From an uncultured Alphaproteobacteria bacterium (GTDB lineage Bacteria > Pseudomonadota > Alphaproteobacteria > Rhizobiales > Xanthobacteraceae): a stretch of 64,000 bases of DNA. Under the pieces are notes generated by a model, which saw only the letters and a list, made by a program, of their open reading frames with translations, was not told where the DNA came from and made no database searches. Positions 50,870-60,207 of this stretch are shown here, piece after piece. A program made the position numbers and the translations under genes. The stretch spans positions 20,845-84,844 of the forward strand of contig CAWCHC010000022.1 of NCBI GenBank assembly GCA_963795255.1. The letters are read 5' to 3'. Each line of letters opens with the position of its first letter. Position 1 is the stretch's first letter.

Positions 50870-51364
50870 TCACGCGGCGCTTGGCGAACGCACCTGATAT
50901 TGGCCGTCGAGGTACAAAAGCGCGTCAATCTCGCTTTGCCATAGCTTGAGGTCGCGCACCACGCCGACAAATATGCTGTGGGAATGAACCGGGACAACGT
51001 GCGTAACCTCGCAATCGAAACTTGCCAACGCGCTGGGGAGCGCCGGCGCCCCCGTCACCAGAGAGACCCAGGAACCTTGCTCAAAACGGCTGGCGCGAAA
51101 TTCCGGCAGACTGAAGCGCTGGGCCAGTTCGACATCGCCGGCACTGAGGACGTTGGCGCAGAAAATCTTTGTGCGGTGGATGACGTCGTGAATACTCGAA
51201 TTGTGGTTGACGCAAACCAGCAGCGACGGCTCCGGCTCGGCGCAGACGGAACTGACCGACGTCGCCACTAGTCCATGCGGCAACGCCTCCTCGATCGCGG
51301 TGACGATGCAAACACCGGCGGCGAGCCGCCGCATTCCGCGCTTGAACAACCCACCATCGATCAC
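50870..51364 (-). CDS. Flavin reductase family protein
   Basis: FKRGMRRLAAGVCIVT, PSLLVCVN, TGAPAL, HSIFVG. Confidence 0.92.
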   Translation of the reverse strand: MIDGGLFKRGMRRLAAGVCIVTAIEEALPHGLVATSVSSVCAEPEPSLLVCVNHNSSIHDVIHRTKIFCANVLSAGDVELAQRFSLPEFRASRFEQGSWVSLVTGAPALPSALASFDCEVTHVVPVHSHSIFVGVVRDLKLWQSEIDALLYLDGQYQVRSPSAA

Positions 51365-51837
51365 GGCAGATAACCGCCGCGAAAATGCACCAGGGGCGAC
51401 GCATCGGGATTACTGGAGGTCGCCACAACGCGCCCTAGGATGATAACGACTTCATATCGCTCGATAGTTTCGACCAGTTCGCAATCGATAACGCCGACCG
51501 CATCGGCAAGGGTCGGCGCGCCCGTTGCCAAGCTGCTCCAGGAGGCCGTCGTAAAGCGGTCGGCGCCTTTCAGGTCGGATTTCCCGCCAAAAATATCCGC
51601 AAGCTGCCGCTGTGCCGAGCAAAGATAGTTGAGGGCGAAATGCCGGGCCTGAAGGATTGCCGGCAACGCGGAAGTCCGCTTGTCGACGGAGACCATCATG
51701 GTGGGCGGATCCGCGCAAACATGCGTCGCCGAAAGACCCAGCAGGCCGGCAGGCCCGCTATCGGCGCGCGCCGTCACGATCGTGCTTCCGGTCGCGCGTT
51801 GGCCGATCGCCTGCCAAAACTGTTTTACGTCGATCAT
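51361..51837 (-). CDS. Flavin reductase family protein
   Basis: ATGSTIVT, ADPPTMMV, TGAPTL, IDCEL, PLVHFRGGY. Confidence 0.9.
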   Translation of the reverse strand: MIDVKQFWQAIGQRATGSTIVTARADSGPAGLLGLSATHVCADPPTMMVSVDKRTSALPAILQARHFALNYLCSAQRQLADIFGGKSDLKGADRFTTASWSSLATGAPTLADAVGVIDCELVETIERYEVVIILGRVVATSSNPDASPLVHFRGGYLP

Positions 51838-51940
51838 TACAGAATTATCCAGCTTCCCTTCCATCGCAGGCCGGCTTTTTGCCCTGCGACGCAGCGATTT
51901 GCCGACGTTGAGACGAGAGTGCTCGCGGGGCAAGACCAAA

Positions 51941-51956
51941 TTGCATGCGTATGCAA
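51941..51956. promoter_or_regulatory. LacI-type operator palindrome TTGCATGCGTATGCAA
   Basis: Between the divergent flavin reductase and lacI genes; the flank caaga.caaa is also shared with the 49246 site. Confidence 0.75.
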
Positions 51957-52057
51957 GACTCAATTGCCAAAGTTTTGAGCAAACGAAACGGCCGGTTGCA
52001 CCCTATAGTATTGATAGTATTGAAGCTGACGCGCAAACTTCTTGAGACCCTTAGACG

Positions 52058-53119
52058 ATGGCCAAACGAGTGACCCCGAGAACCGGCGCCCAAGTGACTG
52101 CCCAGGATGTTGCCCGTACGCTGGGCGTCTCGCAATCGACGATTTCGCGCGCGTTTTCGGTGACCGCAAGCATCTCCGAGGAAATGAAACTTCGCGTCAT
52201 CAAGGCGGCCAACAAGCTTGGTTACCAGCCCAATGTCATCGCGCGCAGTCTCATCACCCGGCGAACCAACATGGTCGCGATCGTGATGGCGAACCTCGTC
52301 GACCCGTTTTACCCGGTGGTGCTGGATGAACTCGTCCAACACGTTCAGGCGGGCGGTTTTCAGACCTTGCTGTTCGTTCCGTCGGCCGAGCAAAAGGTCG
52401 ACGACATCATGCCGAACCTGCTGCAATACCAGGTGGACGCAATCATCCTGACCTCGGCGACGATCTCGTCGGCCATGGCCCGCATTTGCGCGGCGCGCGA
52501 CACGCCCGTGGTCTCGTTCAATCGTTATGTGCCGGGTCTCAAGATCCACGCGGTATCGAGCGACAACGTCGCCGGGGGCCGGCAAGTCGCGGACTATCTC
52601 GTCGCCACCGGGCATGAGCGCCTTGCGTTCATCTCCGCGCAGCGCGACGCCACGACCAATCGCGACAGACGTTCGGGTTTTCTGACTCGCCTCAAGCAGC
52701 TGAAGATAACGTCCTGCGTGCAGGAAGATGGCGGCGAATTCAGCTATGAGGCCGGATATGCCGCCGCCAAGCGGTTGTTGCGGCAAGCCGTGCGTCCGGA
52801 TGCTCTTTTCTTCGCCAGTGACGTGATGGCCTTCGGTGGCATGGACGCGGCACGCGAAATCGGCTTGAGCGTTCCCGGTGATGTCTCCATCATCGGTTAT
52901 GACGATGTGCCGATGGCCGCGCTGCCGAGCTACGGGCTGACCACCATCCGCCAGCCAGTTCGTGAAATGGCGCAAACCGCCATGGACTTACTCGGGCTCG
53001 CGGGCGAGCGCGGCACGCGATCCGAAACGACGACGCGCCTTATTCCAGGCACCCTGATCAGCCGTTCATCGACCATGAACCGCCGCGCCGTCAGCCATTT
53101 GAAAGAGACTGCAGCTTAA
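52058..53119 (+). CDS. LacI family transcriptional regulator
   Basis: VTAQDVARTLGVSQSTISRAF, LGYQPNVIARSL, VPGDVSIIGYDD, LTTIRQP. Confidence 0.95.
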   Translation: MAKRVTPRTGAQVTAQDVARTLGVSQSTISRAFSVTASISEEMKLRVIKAANKLGYQPNVIARSLITRRTNMVAIVMANLVDPFYPVVLDELVQHVQAGGFQTLLFVPSAEQKVDDIMPNLLQYQVDAIILTSATISSAMARICAARDTPVVSFNRYVPGLKIHAVSSDNVAGGRQVADYLVATGHERLAFISAQRDATTNRDRRSGFLTRLKQLKITSCVQEDGGEFSYEAGYAAAKRLLRQAVRPDALFFASDVMAFGGMDAAREIGLSVPGDVSIIGYDDVPMAALPSYGLTTIRQPVREMAQTAMDLLGLAGERGTRSETTTRLIPGTLISRSSTMNRRAVSHLKETAA

Positions 53120-53520
53120 ATGCCGGATTCGTGACTGCGTACCAGGATATTTGCTTGCTGCGATTTGCAGGATTTTGACCGGTCGCTTCCCCCGCGGAGA
53201 CGGTATCCCAGAACTAGACCGCAGCCCCGGAGAAGCAGCTCATGGATATTGGCACCCCGCACTTGGCCTCGATCGGCATCGGCTGGTAAGGAAATCTGCC
53301 ATATCGTCGGTTTTAGCGCGGACGGAAAGATCGCTTTTCGCCAGAGGCAAGCGACTTGCGCTCATCAAGACCTCGCAGCTTGGTCATGAGCCTGGAATAA
53401 TTCCGGCAATCTATGTGAAGCAGTTCTTGAAGGGGCACCGTTGCAAACATAACAGCATCTCTTCTTCCGGCTCTGCGAAAAATCAATCGCAGCTCGGTTT
53501 CAGCGGGGCCAAGCTTAACC

Positions 53521-54213
53521 CTATTGTGCCGGGGACCTCTGTTCCAACAAGGTTTTACGAATTTTAGCGCGCAGCGACTTATCCCAATTGGGTCGATTTG
53601 AAAGTTCCGGCAGAGTGAGAGCGTGGTCGAAAACCTTAGTCGCCTCCGCAATTTCGCCCTCACGGTAGAGAAAATCGCCGTAGAAATAGTTCACATCTAA
53701 TGCGTCCGGTGCGTTTCTTATTGCTTCTTGAAAATATTGCCGGGCCTTTGTCTTGTCACCAAAGCCAATCGGAAATCCGGGTACCTGAGCGTAGAGAAGA
53801 CCGAGGGTCGTCGGAGCTCCAGCATCTACGCTCGCGGGATCGATCTTTTCAACTCTCTCTAGGAGATCGCGCGCTCGATTCGCCAATTCCCATGCTTTCA
53901 AAGGGCTACCGTTTTCGTTCGCCAACGCAGCTTGCTCACTCATGAGCATTCCAAGCCAAACAACCGGATCAGGGCTATTTTCGTATTGCTTAGAAATGTT
54001 TTCGGCGCGCTGCACCAGGCTGGCCATCTGGCTTTCCCGATCGTTGCGATCGGTGACGCGGAGTTTCACGTGCTCCCAGTCGTGAGCGAGGCGCATGAGC
54101 TCGGCTTGAGGGGATTTGTCTTCACCGGCTTGGGCGCTCATGGACGCTGAGAGAATCCGCAGCGTAGAGACGACGATAATAGCTGCAGCGCGCTTTGACA
54201 TCGGCTTTCTCAA
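53521..54213 (-). CDS. Exported TPR-like protein (paralog of 58730..59395)
   Basis: Signal-like N-terminus; DAGAPTTLGLLY..VPGFPIGFGDK.KAR, NYFYGDFL, RP.WDK. Confidence 0.82.
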   Translation of the reverse strand: MRKPMSKRAAAIIVVSTLRILSASMSAQAGEDKSPQAELMRLAHDWEHVKLRVTDRNDRESQMASLVQRAENISKQYENSPDPVVWLGMLMSEQAALANENGSPLKAWELANRARDLLERVEKIDPASVDAGAPTTLGLLYAQVPGFPIGFGDKTKARQYFQEAIRNAPDALDVNYFYGDFLYREGEIAEATKVFDHALTLPELSNRPNWDKSLRAKIRKTLLEQRSPAQ

Positions 54214-55382
54214 AGGGCTTCTGGAAATCTATTTTGCGGAAAACTATCAACTTCGGCGTTGTTGATGGGAGGCGGTGGGAACGGGAACGAACTGGCTTCA
54301 GTCGTCCGTTGGCGCTGCACGCCGCTGACGTGAAGATCGAGCAAGCGTGAAAAAACATGCGGGTGAGCGCCCAATCCGCGAAGCACAGTTCGTCGCAACC
54401 TGTCGTTCCCGTCGAGGAGCAGGAGACCGCGTGCAAATAGCCGCGGCAGGCGTCCGATCTGCCGGTGGCCGGCGTCGTAATGATTGAGATTTTCTCCAGC
54501 GAGCGCCGTCGCAAGCGAATTCGCCTGCCTGAACGCCAAAGCAAGCCCCTCCCCTGTGACTGCATCGACCGCCCCCGAGGCGTCGCCGATAAGAGCGATA
54601 CGACCGGAGATTACAGACGGTAGCTTTGTAGACATTGAAATGGCGCCGCGCGGTCGGCCGATCGGTTCTGCGCCACGAAGGTGACTTGAAAGGGCGGGAA
54701 ACATTTCGGGCATATCGGCAACCCGGAAATCTCCTGTTCCGACCAAGGCCACACACACTTCGTCCTTCCCGACGGGTGTCACATATGCCTGACAGTTCTT
54801 TCGCCAGTAGACTTCAACGAAGTCGGTCCATGGAGATGAGCGAAAGTGCTGCCGCAGTCCGATCCTGCGCGTACCAGTCCAGACTGGCGCAAGGCCAGCC
54901 CAACGACGCACGCTTGAATTAAAGCCGTCAGCGCCCACGATCCACCGGCATCGGATGCTTTTGCAGTCGACGACGACCCCGGAAGCGGTAATCGCTTCTA
55001 TTCTCTTGCCCCACAATGCAATGACGCCGGCGTCCTTTGCGCGTTCGGCCAGTATCCGGTGAAGTTCGGTTCTGCGAACTCCTAGGCCGAAGCTATGACC
55101 TGCAAACGAGGCTTCTGCTTTGAACTTCTCGTCCAGGAACCGTATTCCACGGAAGCAGGCTCCATGTCCGCTCCCCAGATTCACCCCGATCTGACGCAGC
55201 GCTTCAAGCGCATCGGGCATGAGTCCCTCGCCGCAAGCCTTGTCAATCTGCGGCTGCGCATGATCCGCGACCACAACATCAAGCCCGATTTGACGAGCGG
55301 CCAGCGCGGCAGCAATTCCAGCTGGACCGCCGCCAATGACGAATACATCTGTCTCCGATGGTGCAACGACAGAAGTCACCAT
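54210..55382 (-). CDS. FAD-dependent oxidoreductase/monooxygenase associated with type III PKS
   Basis: DVFVIGGGPAG, DKACGEGLMP, IVGADG..S.VR, LIGDASG.VD..TGEG; overlaps the PKS stop codon. Confidence 0.88.
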   Translation of the reverse strand: MVTSVVAPSETDVFVIGGGPAGIAAALAARQIGLDVVVADHAQPQIDKACGEGLMPDALEALRQIGVNLGSGHGACFRGIRFLDEKFKAEASFAGHSFGLGVRRTELHRILAERAKDAGVIALWGKRIEAITASGVVVDCKSIRCRWIVGADGFNSSVRRWAGLAPVWTGTRRIGLRQHFRSSPWTDFVEVYWRKNCQAYVTPVGKDEVCVALVGTGDFRVADMPEMFPALSSHLRGAEPIGRPRGAISMSTKLPSVISGRIALIGDASGAVDAVTGEGLALAFRQANSLATALAGENLNHYDAGHRQIGRLPRLFARGLLLLDGNDRLRRTVLRGLGAHPHVFSRLLDLHVSGVQRQRTTEASSFPFPPPPINNAEVDSFPQNRFPEAL

Positions 55383-56536
55383 TTCAACAGGATCATTTCC
55401 AGACAGAATCCCGGTCCCATGGCCATCAGCACACCAAAGGTTCCTTCCGGAGGCCTGTCGTTCATCAAGACCTCCTCCAGAACGAGGAGAACCGAAGCGG
55501 ATGAAAGGTTGCCGAACTGTCTTAGGCAATTCCACGATCGATCCAGGTCGCTATCCTTCAAGTCCAGCGTGCTCTGAATTGAGTCCAATACTTTGGGGCC
55601 ACCGGTGTGAATCACCCAATTGCCAATATCTGAACGACGAAGCTGGTACTTGCCAAGGAACGCTTCGATATCCCCGGCGAGTCGGCCCTTGATGAGTTCC
55701 GGCAATTGCGGCGAAAGCACAATCTTGAAGCCAGCCTCAGAGATGTCCCAGCCCATGATTTCTTCTGTGTCAGGGAAGAACACCGAACCGGTACCGAGGA
55801 TCTGCGGGCCGGGACCTGAGGATTGGGTAGAGCCATTGGAGCTCCGATCTGCCGTCTTCGCCCCCCTGACAATGACCGCCGCAGCACCGTCGCCGAAGAG
55901 CCCTGATGCAATCAAATTAGTCGTTGAAAAATCCTCAGGCTGCATCGTCAGCGAGCATATTTCAACGCATAGAACTGCCGCTGTGTGATCCGGATAAGCA
56001 AGGACATAGTCCGCAACCCGCGTTAATCCCATCGCACCACCCACGCAGCCGATGCCGAAAATCGGTGTGCGCTTGATATCTGGTCGTAGCGTCATTCGGT
56101 TGATCAAGCGCGCATCTAGTGAAGGGCTCGCAATACCCGTTATCGAAACCACAATGAGGGAGTTCAAGTCTTGCCGCGACATCCCCGCGCGATCGAGTGC
56201 CGTGTCGATGGCACGCTCACCGAGTTCTTCTGCCGCCTCCAGCCACGCGGCATTAGCCTCACCCCAGGTAGAGAACTTAGGATATCTGTCTAACGGAAAT
56301 GCCAGATGGCGGAAGTCCACCCCAACACGTGTATGTAGCCAATCGAGCTTTTCTGGCTCTTGCAGTTTGGCGTTCCAGTAACCCTTGAACGCCGCTGTGA
56401 TCACCTCTTGAGGGTACCGGTGCCTCGGAACTGCGCTCGCCACGCTGGCTATCCTCACCGTACTCGCTTCTTGTTTTTGCGACGCTGTTCCCGCCACCTC
56501 AATCGCTCTTCCAAGGACGCTTTCGATTTTTCCCAC
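55376..56536 (-). CDS. Type III polyketide synthase (chalcone synthase-like)
   Basis: Cys-His-Asn triad GIGCVGG / IHTGGPK / FGNLSS; PSLDARL, LFGDGAAA, MGPGF. Confidence 0.94.
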   Translation of the reverse strand: MGKIESVLGRAIEVAGTASQKQEASTVRIASVASAVPRHRYPQEVITAAFKGYWNAKLQEPEKLDWLHTRVGVDFRHLAFPLDRYPKFSTWGEANAAWLEAAEELGERAIDTALDRAGMSRQDLNSLIVVSITGIASPSLDARLINRMTLRPDIKRTPIFGIGCVGGAMGLTRVADYVLAYPDHTAAVLCVEICSLTMQPEDFSTTNLIASGLFGDGAAAVIVRGAKTADRSSNGSTQSSGPGPQILGTGSVFFPDTEEIMGWDISEAGFKIVLSPQLPELIKGRLAGDIEAFLGKYQLRRSDIGNWVIHTGGPKVLDSIQSTLDLKDSDLDRSWNCLRQFGNLSSASVLLVLEEVLMNDRPPEGTFGVLMAMGPGFCLEMILLKW

Positions 56537-56592
56537 TTCTTGATCTTTCCACTAACCTGATAAGCTTTGCTCGCATAAACCTGTTGAACGAA

Positions 56593-57960
56593 TTACATCG
56601 ATCGAAACAGACGCTGTCCGACCTTGATCGGTTCAACCCAGAAGCTGCTGGAATTGTGAACTGCATCCAGGGTCTGATCGAGAGCGGCCACCAACCATTC
56701 AAGCTGCGCGTCAGAAATTGTAAGCGGCGGCGAGATCTTCAACGCCATGAAGTCGTTGCCACAAACCTAACTCAATATCCCATGATCCCGGAATAAGTGC
56801 ATGACGAGTACTTGGCCGAACAACGCCGGATGAATCAGCGAAAGAGTTTCAAAGCCTGCCCGAAGCTTTAGCGATTTCGGCGCTTTCAATTGAACGGCGT
56901 TGAGCAGACCCAGGCCGCGGACCTCATCGAACATCTCATATTTGGCCAAACGATCGGCCAGGGCCGCTCGGAGCCGCTCACCCGCTAACGCCGAACGCGC
57001 TCCAAGCTGTTCTTCTTCAAGAATGTCGATCGTGGTCAAGCCGGCACGCATCGCCAGTCCATTTTCACTAAAGGTCGATGTGTGAACCAGCGAACGCTGC
57101 AATGAACTATAAACCGATCGGCATATATCATCTGACATCAGGACCGCACTGCATGGAATCAGTCCGCCGCTGATCGCCTTTGCCAACACCACCATATCGG
57201 GCTCGACACCAAACTGATGAGCCGCGATAAACGAACCAGTTCGGTAGAAGCCGGTCTGGACTTCGTCCAACACAAGGAGCGTCTTATATTTTCGGCAAAG
57301 CTGCTGCACCCTCGCGAGATATCCCTCCGGCGGCAAAATCACGCCGGCCTCGCTTTGAATGGGCTCTAAAATGAACGCAGCAAACGAACGGGTAGCCAGC
57401 TTGATTTCGAGGTCGGGTAGGTTGCCGTATGGAACGAATTCGGTGTCTGGTAATAATCGTCCAAACCCTTTTTTCCAAAAATCATTGGTCATCAAGGATA
57501 GCGCACCGCAAGTGAGCCCATGAAATCCGCCCGAAGCGCCCAAAATCCCGGAGCGCCCGGTATGGGCACGGGCGAATTTTATCGCGGCTTCGACGCCCTC
57601 GCTGCCTGAACTGCCGAAGAAGACCTTGCCGAGTTTACCTCCGGCGAGTTCGCAAAGCTTCTCGGCAAGCTGGCCCGCCAGGATCGGCACGTGGCTCTGC
57701 AGCATCGCAGGCCCTTCCCTAGCAAGCTCATCGGTCAGTGACTTGATGATCCGGGGGTGGTTGTGCCCGATGTTATGAACGCAGTACCCCGAATTGAAAT
57801 CGGTAATTGTCCTTCCATCTGCCGTATGAAGCTCAGTTCCGGTGCAGCGGACATAGGTTACGTTCATCTGCAGCGCATCGAGCAGTCTCACCCATTGAGG
57901 GTTGACGAACTGCGCGTAAGGATTGTCGTGAATTTCGGTTTTCGGCGTAACTTGAAGCAT
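56593..57960 (-). pseudogene. Class III PLP aminotransferase (HpnO/ornithine aminotransferase-like) with in-frame TAG at 56767-56769
   Basis: NIGHNHP, SSGSEGVEAAIKFAR, FHGLT, LEPIQSE, DEVQTG..RTG, LAKAISGG. The frame continues past TAG as VCGNDFMALKISPPL.. to TAA at 56593. Confidence 0.85.
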
Positions 57961-58001
57961 GAGAACCTCTTAGGCCAAGACTTTTCAGAAAAGGCCGGCC
58001 G

Positions 58002-58733
58002 TTATCGAATTAATCTGATCAGGTGGGACGCAGCAGATTTTTCCGCGATTGCCAGCAACCCGCATATGCCGAGCGGCAGCGTCAAGTTTTGAATTTTGAT
58101 ATCTGTTCGCTCAAATCCAGCGGCTTCGAGAAGTGATCGCAATTCAGCCAAATCATAGGTTCGGTGGGTATCCGGGCCCGCAAAGGGCCATTTGTCCATT
58201 GTTTCGCGCGCGGTTGCGTAAACCACAGCGCGCCCGCCCGGCTTAAGAACGCGAAACGCCTCGGCGGCATCTTTACCTTCGAGGTCAAAAAAATATGCCG
58301 CATTTACAATTAGAACCTTGTCGAAGGTGCAATCAATCCAGGGTAGCGGGTTGAATTTTCCTTGAACAAGGTGCACACGGCCTGCCGCTATTGCCGCCTG
58401 ATTCATATTGGCGGCTTGCTTGAGCATTCGATGCGATTGGTCCAATCCAAACACTCGCCCGCGTAGTGTACGCGCAGCGATTGTTCGAAGCGCCCAGCCT
58501 GGCCCACATCCTAGTTCGAGAATCTGATCCTTGGATCCAGGCGCCAGCGCGTCAATTGCGATCCGATTTGGCTTGTCGTTCGCGAATGCCATCAGCCATC
58601 CCGTCAGCGACCCGAAGACACCGGTGGGATGTTGCAATTGTTTACCGAATCGGTGCCACATCCGATCAAGTAACCGATCGACACTCAAGGTGATGCTACC
58701 AGCCGCCGGCGGGATTCGAGAATGGTCGGTCAC
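58002..58733 (-). CDS. Class I SAM-dependent methyltransferase
   Basis: ILELGCGPG, GLDQS, LPW....FDKV, RVLKPGG. Confidence 0.9.
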   Translation of the reverse strand: MTDHSRIPPAAGSITLSVDRLLDRMWHRFGKQLQHPTGVFGSLTGWLMAFANDKPNRIAIDALAPGSKDQILELGCGPGWALRTIAARTLRGRVFGLDQSHRMLKQAANMNQAAIAAGRVHLVQGKFNPLPWIDCTFDKVLIVNAAYFFDLEGKDAAEAFRVLKPGGRAVVYATARETMDKWPFAGPDTHRTYDLAELRSLLEAAGFERTDIKIQNLTLPLGICGLLAIAEKSAASHLIRLIR

Positions 58734-59395
58734 TGCTTTGCTGCAATGCTGGAAAGCTTCTCTTCGATCACGAGTCGCCGGTTTTTATCCCATGCGGGCC
58801 GGTCTGGATGTTGCGGCAAGCCGAGTGCGTGGCGAAATGCTTCAGCTGCTTTGGAATATTCCTTCTGCTCAAAGAGGAAATCGCCGTAAAAATACCACGC
58901 ATCTAGACCGGTCGGCGCAAGCTTGACCGCCTGCTCCAGGAGATGTCGGGCTCTTTCCTTGTCACCGAATCCGACCGGAAACCGGGGCACGCGATAATAG
59001 AGAACGCCGAGGCTTGTCGGAGCACCTGCGTCGAGCTTTGCAGGAGACGTCTTGTAAGCCTGTTCAAGAATGTCGCGGGCACGCTTTGCAAGGCCAAGGG
59101 CAGAAAACATGCTGGCCATCGAGGCTCGTTCGCTGGTGATGATACCGTCCCAGATCTGTATCTCAACGCTATCGGGAAACCGCGCGGCGACTGCATCGGC
59201 GTCTTCTCCAAGAGCGTTCATTTTGTTCGTCTGCTCCTCACCCTCCGGAATACCGAACTTGATTGCTTCCCATGTCGTTTGCAGACGACGCATCTCGTTG
59301 GCGGCGGCGTCCGCTGCTTGCACGGGGGCGACGTCTAAGTCCGCGATCGCCAGAACGATACAAGATAGAAATGCACGACGTGAGACCGAACTCAT
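58730..59395 (-). CDS. Exported TPR-like protein
   Basis: MSSVSRRAFL (Tat-like) signal; DAGAPTSLGVLYYRVPRFPVGFGDK, WYFYGDFL, RPAWDK. Confidence 0.85.
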   Translation of the reverse strand: MSSVSRRAFLSCIVLAIADLDVAPVQAADAAANEMRRLQTTWEAIKFGIPEGEEQTNKMNALGEDADAVAARFPDSVEIQIWDGIITSERASMASMFSALGLAKRARDILEQAYKTSPAKLDAGAPTSLGVLYYRVPRFPVGFGDKERARHLLEQAVKLAPTGLDAWYFYGDFLFEQKEYSKAAEAFRHALGLPQHPDRPAWDKNRRLVIEEKLSSIAAKQ

Positions 59396-59439
59396 AAGTA
59401 GATGCCTTTGTTCTTGGTTCTTGGTTTGAACTAAACGAA

Positions 59440-60207
59440 TTACGCAGACGGGCCGGATAGCGAACGATCTATGATTCTCGGAAAGAGGCGCTGGATCAGG
59501 ACGTAGATCCATTCGGGTGCTGGCGCGTAGACAAAGTCGCGCCCCCGCGCAATGGCCTGCCAGATCCGTTGCGCAACCTCGTCGGGTGGATCCAAATTCA
59601 TTTTGGTCTTGGCAATGAGTTCTCCGAACGCAACGGCCGCGTCGGTTCGGGTCGCGCGCGGCGCAGCATAGGTGACGCTGATCCCTTTCTGCTTCCATTC
59701 TCGGCGCAGTGCGATCGAGAAACCACGAAGTGCAAATTTTGTTGCGGAATAGCAAGTGAACTGGGGATATCCAATATCGCCGAAGATCGAACCCACATTG
59801 ACCACACGGGAGGGCTTCGCAGCGATCAGTAAGGACATAAGATCTCGCGTCAGCGCCATTGGAGCCAGGACATTTGTCTGAAATGCGCGCATCATTGCAT
59901 CATCGGCGGACAACTCCAGCGGACCGCCTTCGACCACGCCGGCATTGTTGACGAGGATGTCGAGCGCCCCTCGTTCATTTCCGATCCGATCGACAATTCT
60001 TCGACGGTCCTCGGCACGCGTAACGTCGGCTTGAATAATCAAATGTGGCACCGAGGATCCGAGAAGCGCGGAGGTCTCTTCCAACATGTCCAGGCGGCGA
60101 CCACATAATGCCACCGCCATTCCGCGGCGGGCCGCCTCGATGGATAATTCGCGGCCGATCCCCGAGCCCGCGCCTGTGATCAGGACAAGTTTTTGCTCAG
60201 GCCGCAC
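59440..60207 (-). CDS. SDR family oxidoreductase
   Basis: ITGAGSGIG, LVNNAG, NVGS, YSATK, YAAPRATRT. Confidence 0.93.
   Translation of the reverse strand: MRPEQKLVLITGAGSGIGRELSIEAARRGMAVALCGRRLDMLEETSALLGSSVPHLIIQADVTRAEDRRRIVDRIGNERGALDILVNNAGVVEGGPLELSADDAMMRAFQTNVLAPMALTRDLMSLLIAAKPSRVVNVGSIFGDIGYPQFTCYSATKFALRGFSIALRREWKQKGISVTYAAPRATRTDAAVAFGELIAKTKMNLDPPDEVAQRIWQAIARGRDFVYAPAPEWIYVLIQRLFPRIIDRSLSGPSA

Noticed and set aside
7175-52975. Long antisense ORFs (7175..8329, 29647..30966, 41769..43121, 44561..45310, 51845..52975)
   Set aside because: Each mirrors a well-supported gene on the opposite strand, as expected from high-GC codon bias.
53151-53663. ORFs 53151..53567 and 53313..53663 at the LacI/TPR junction
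   Set aside because: No motifs and they overlap the TPR gene; likely non-coding junction sequence.
56593-57960. Hopanoid biosynthesis (hpnO) or pyrrolysine recoding of the TAG
   Set aside because: No shc/hpn or pyl genes are in the window; a simple nonsense mutation or base error is more parsimonious.
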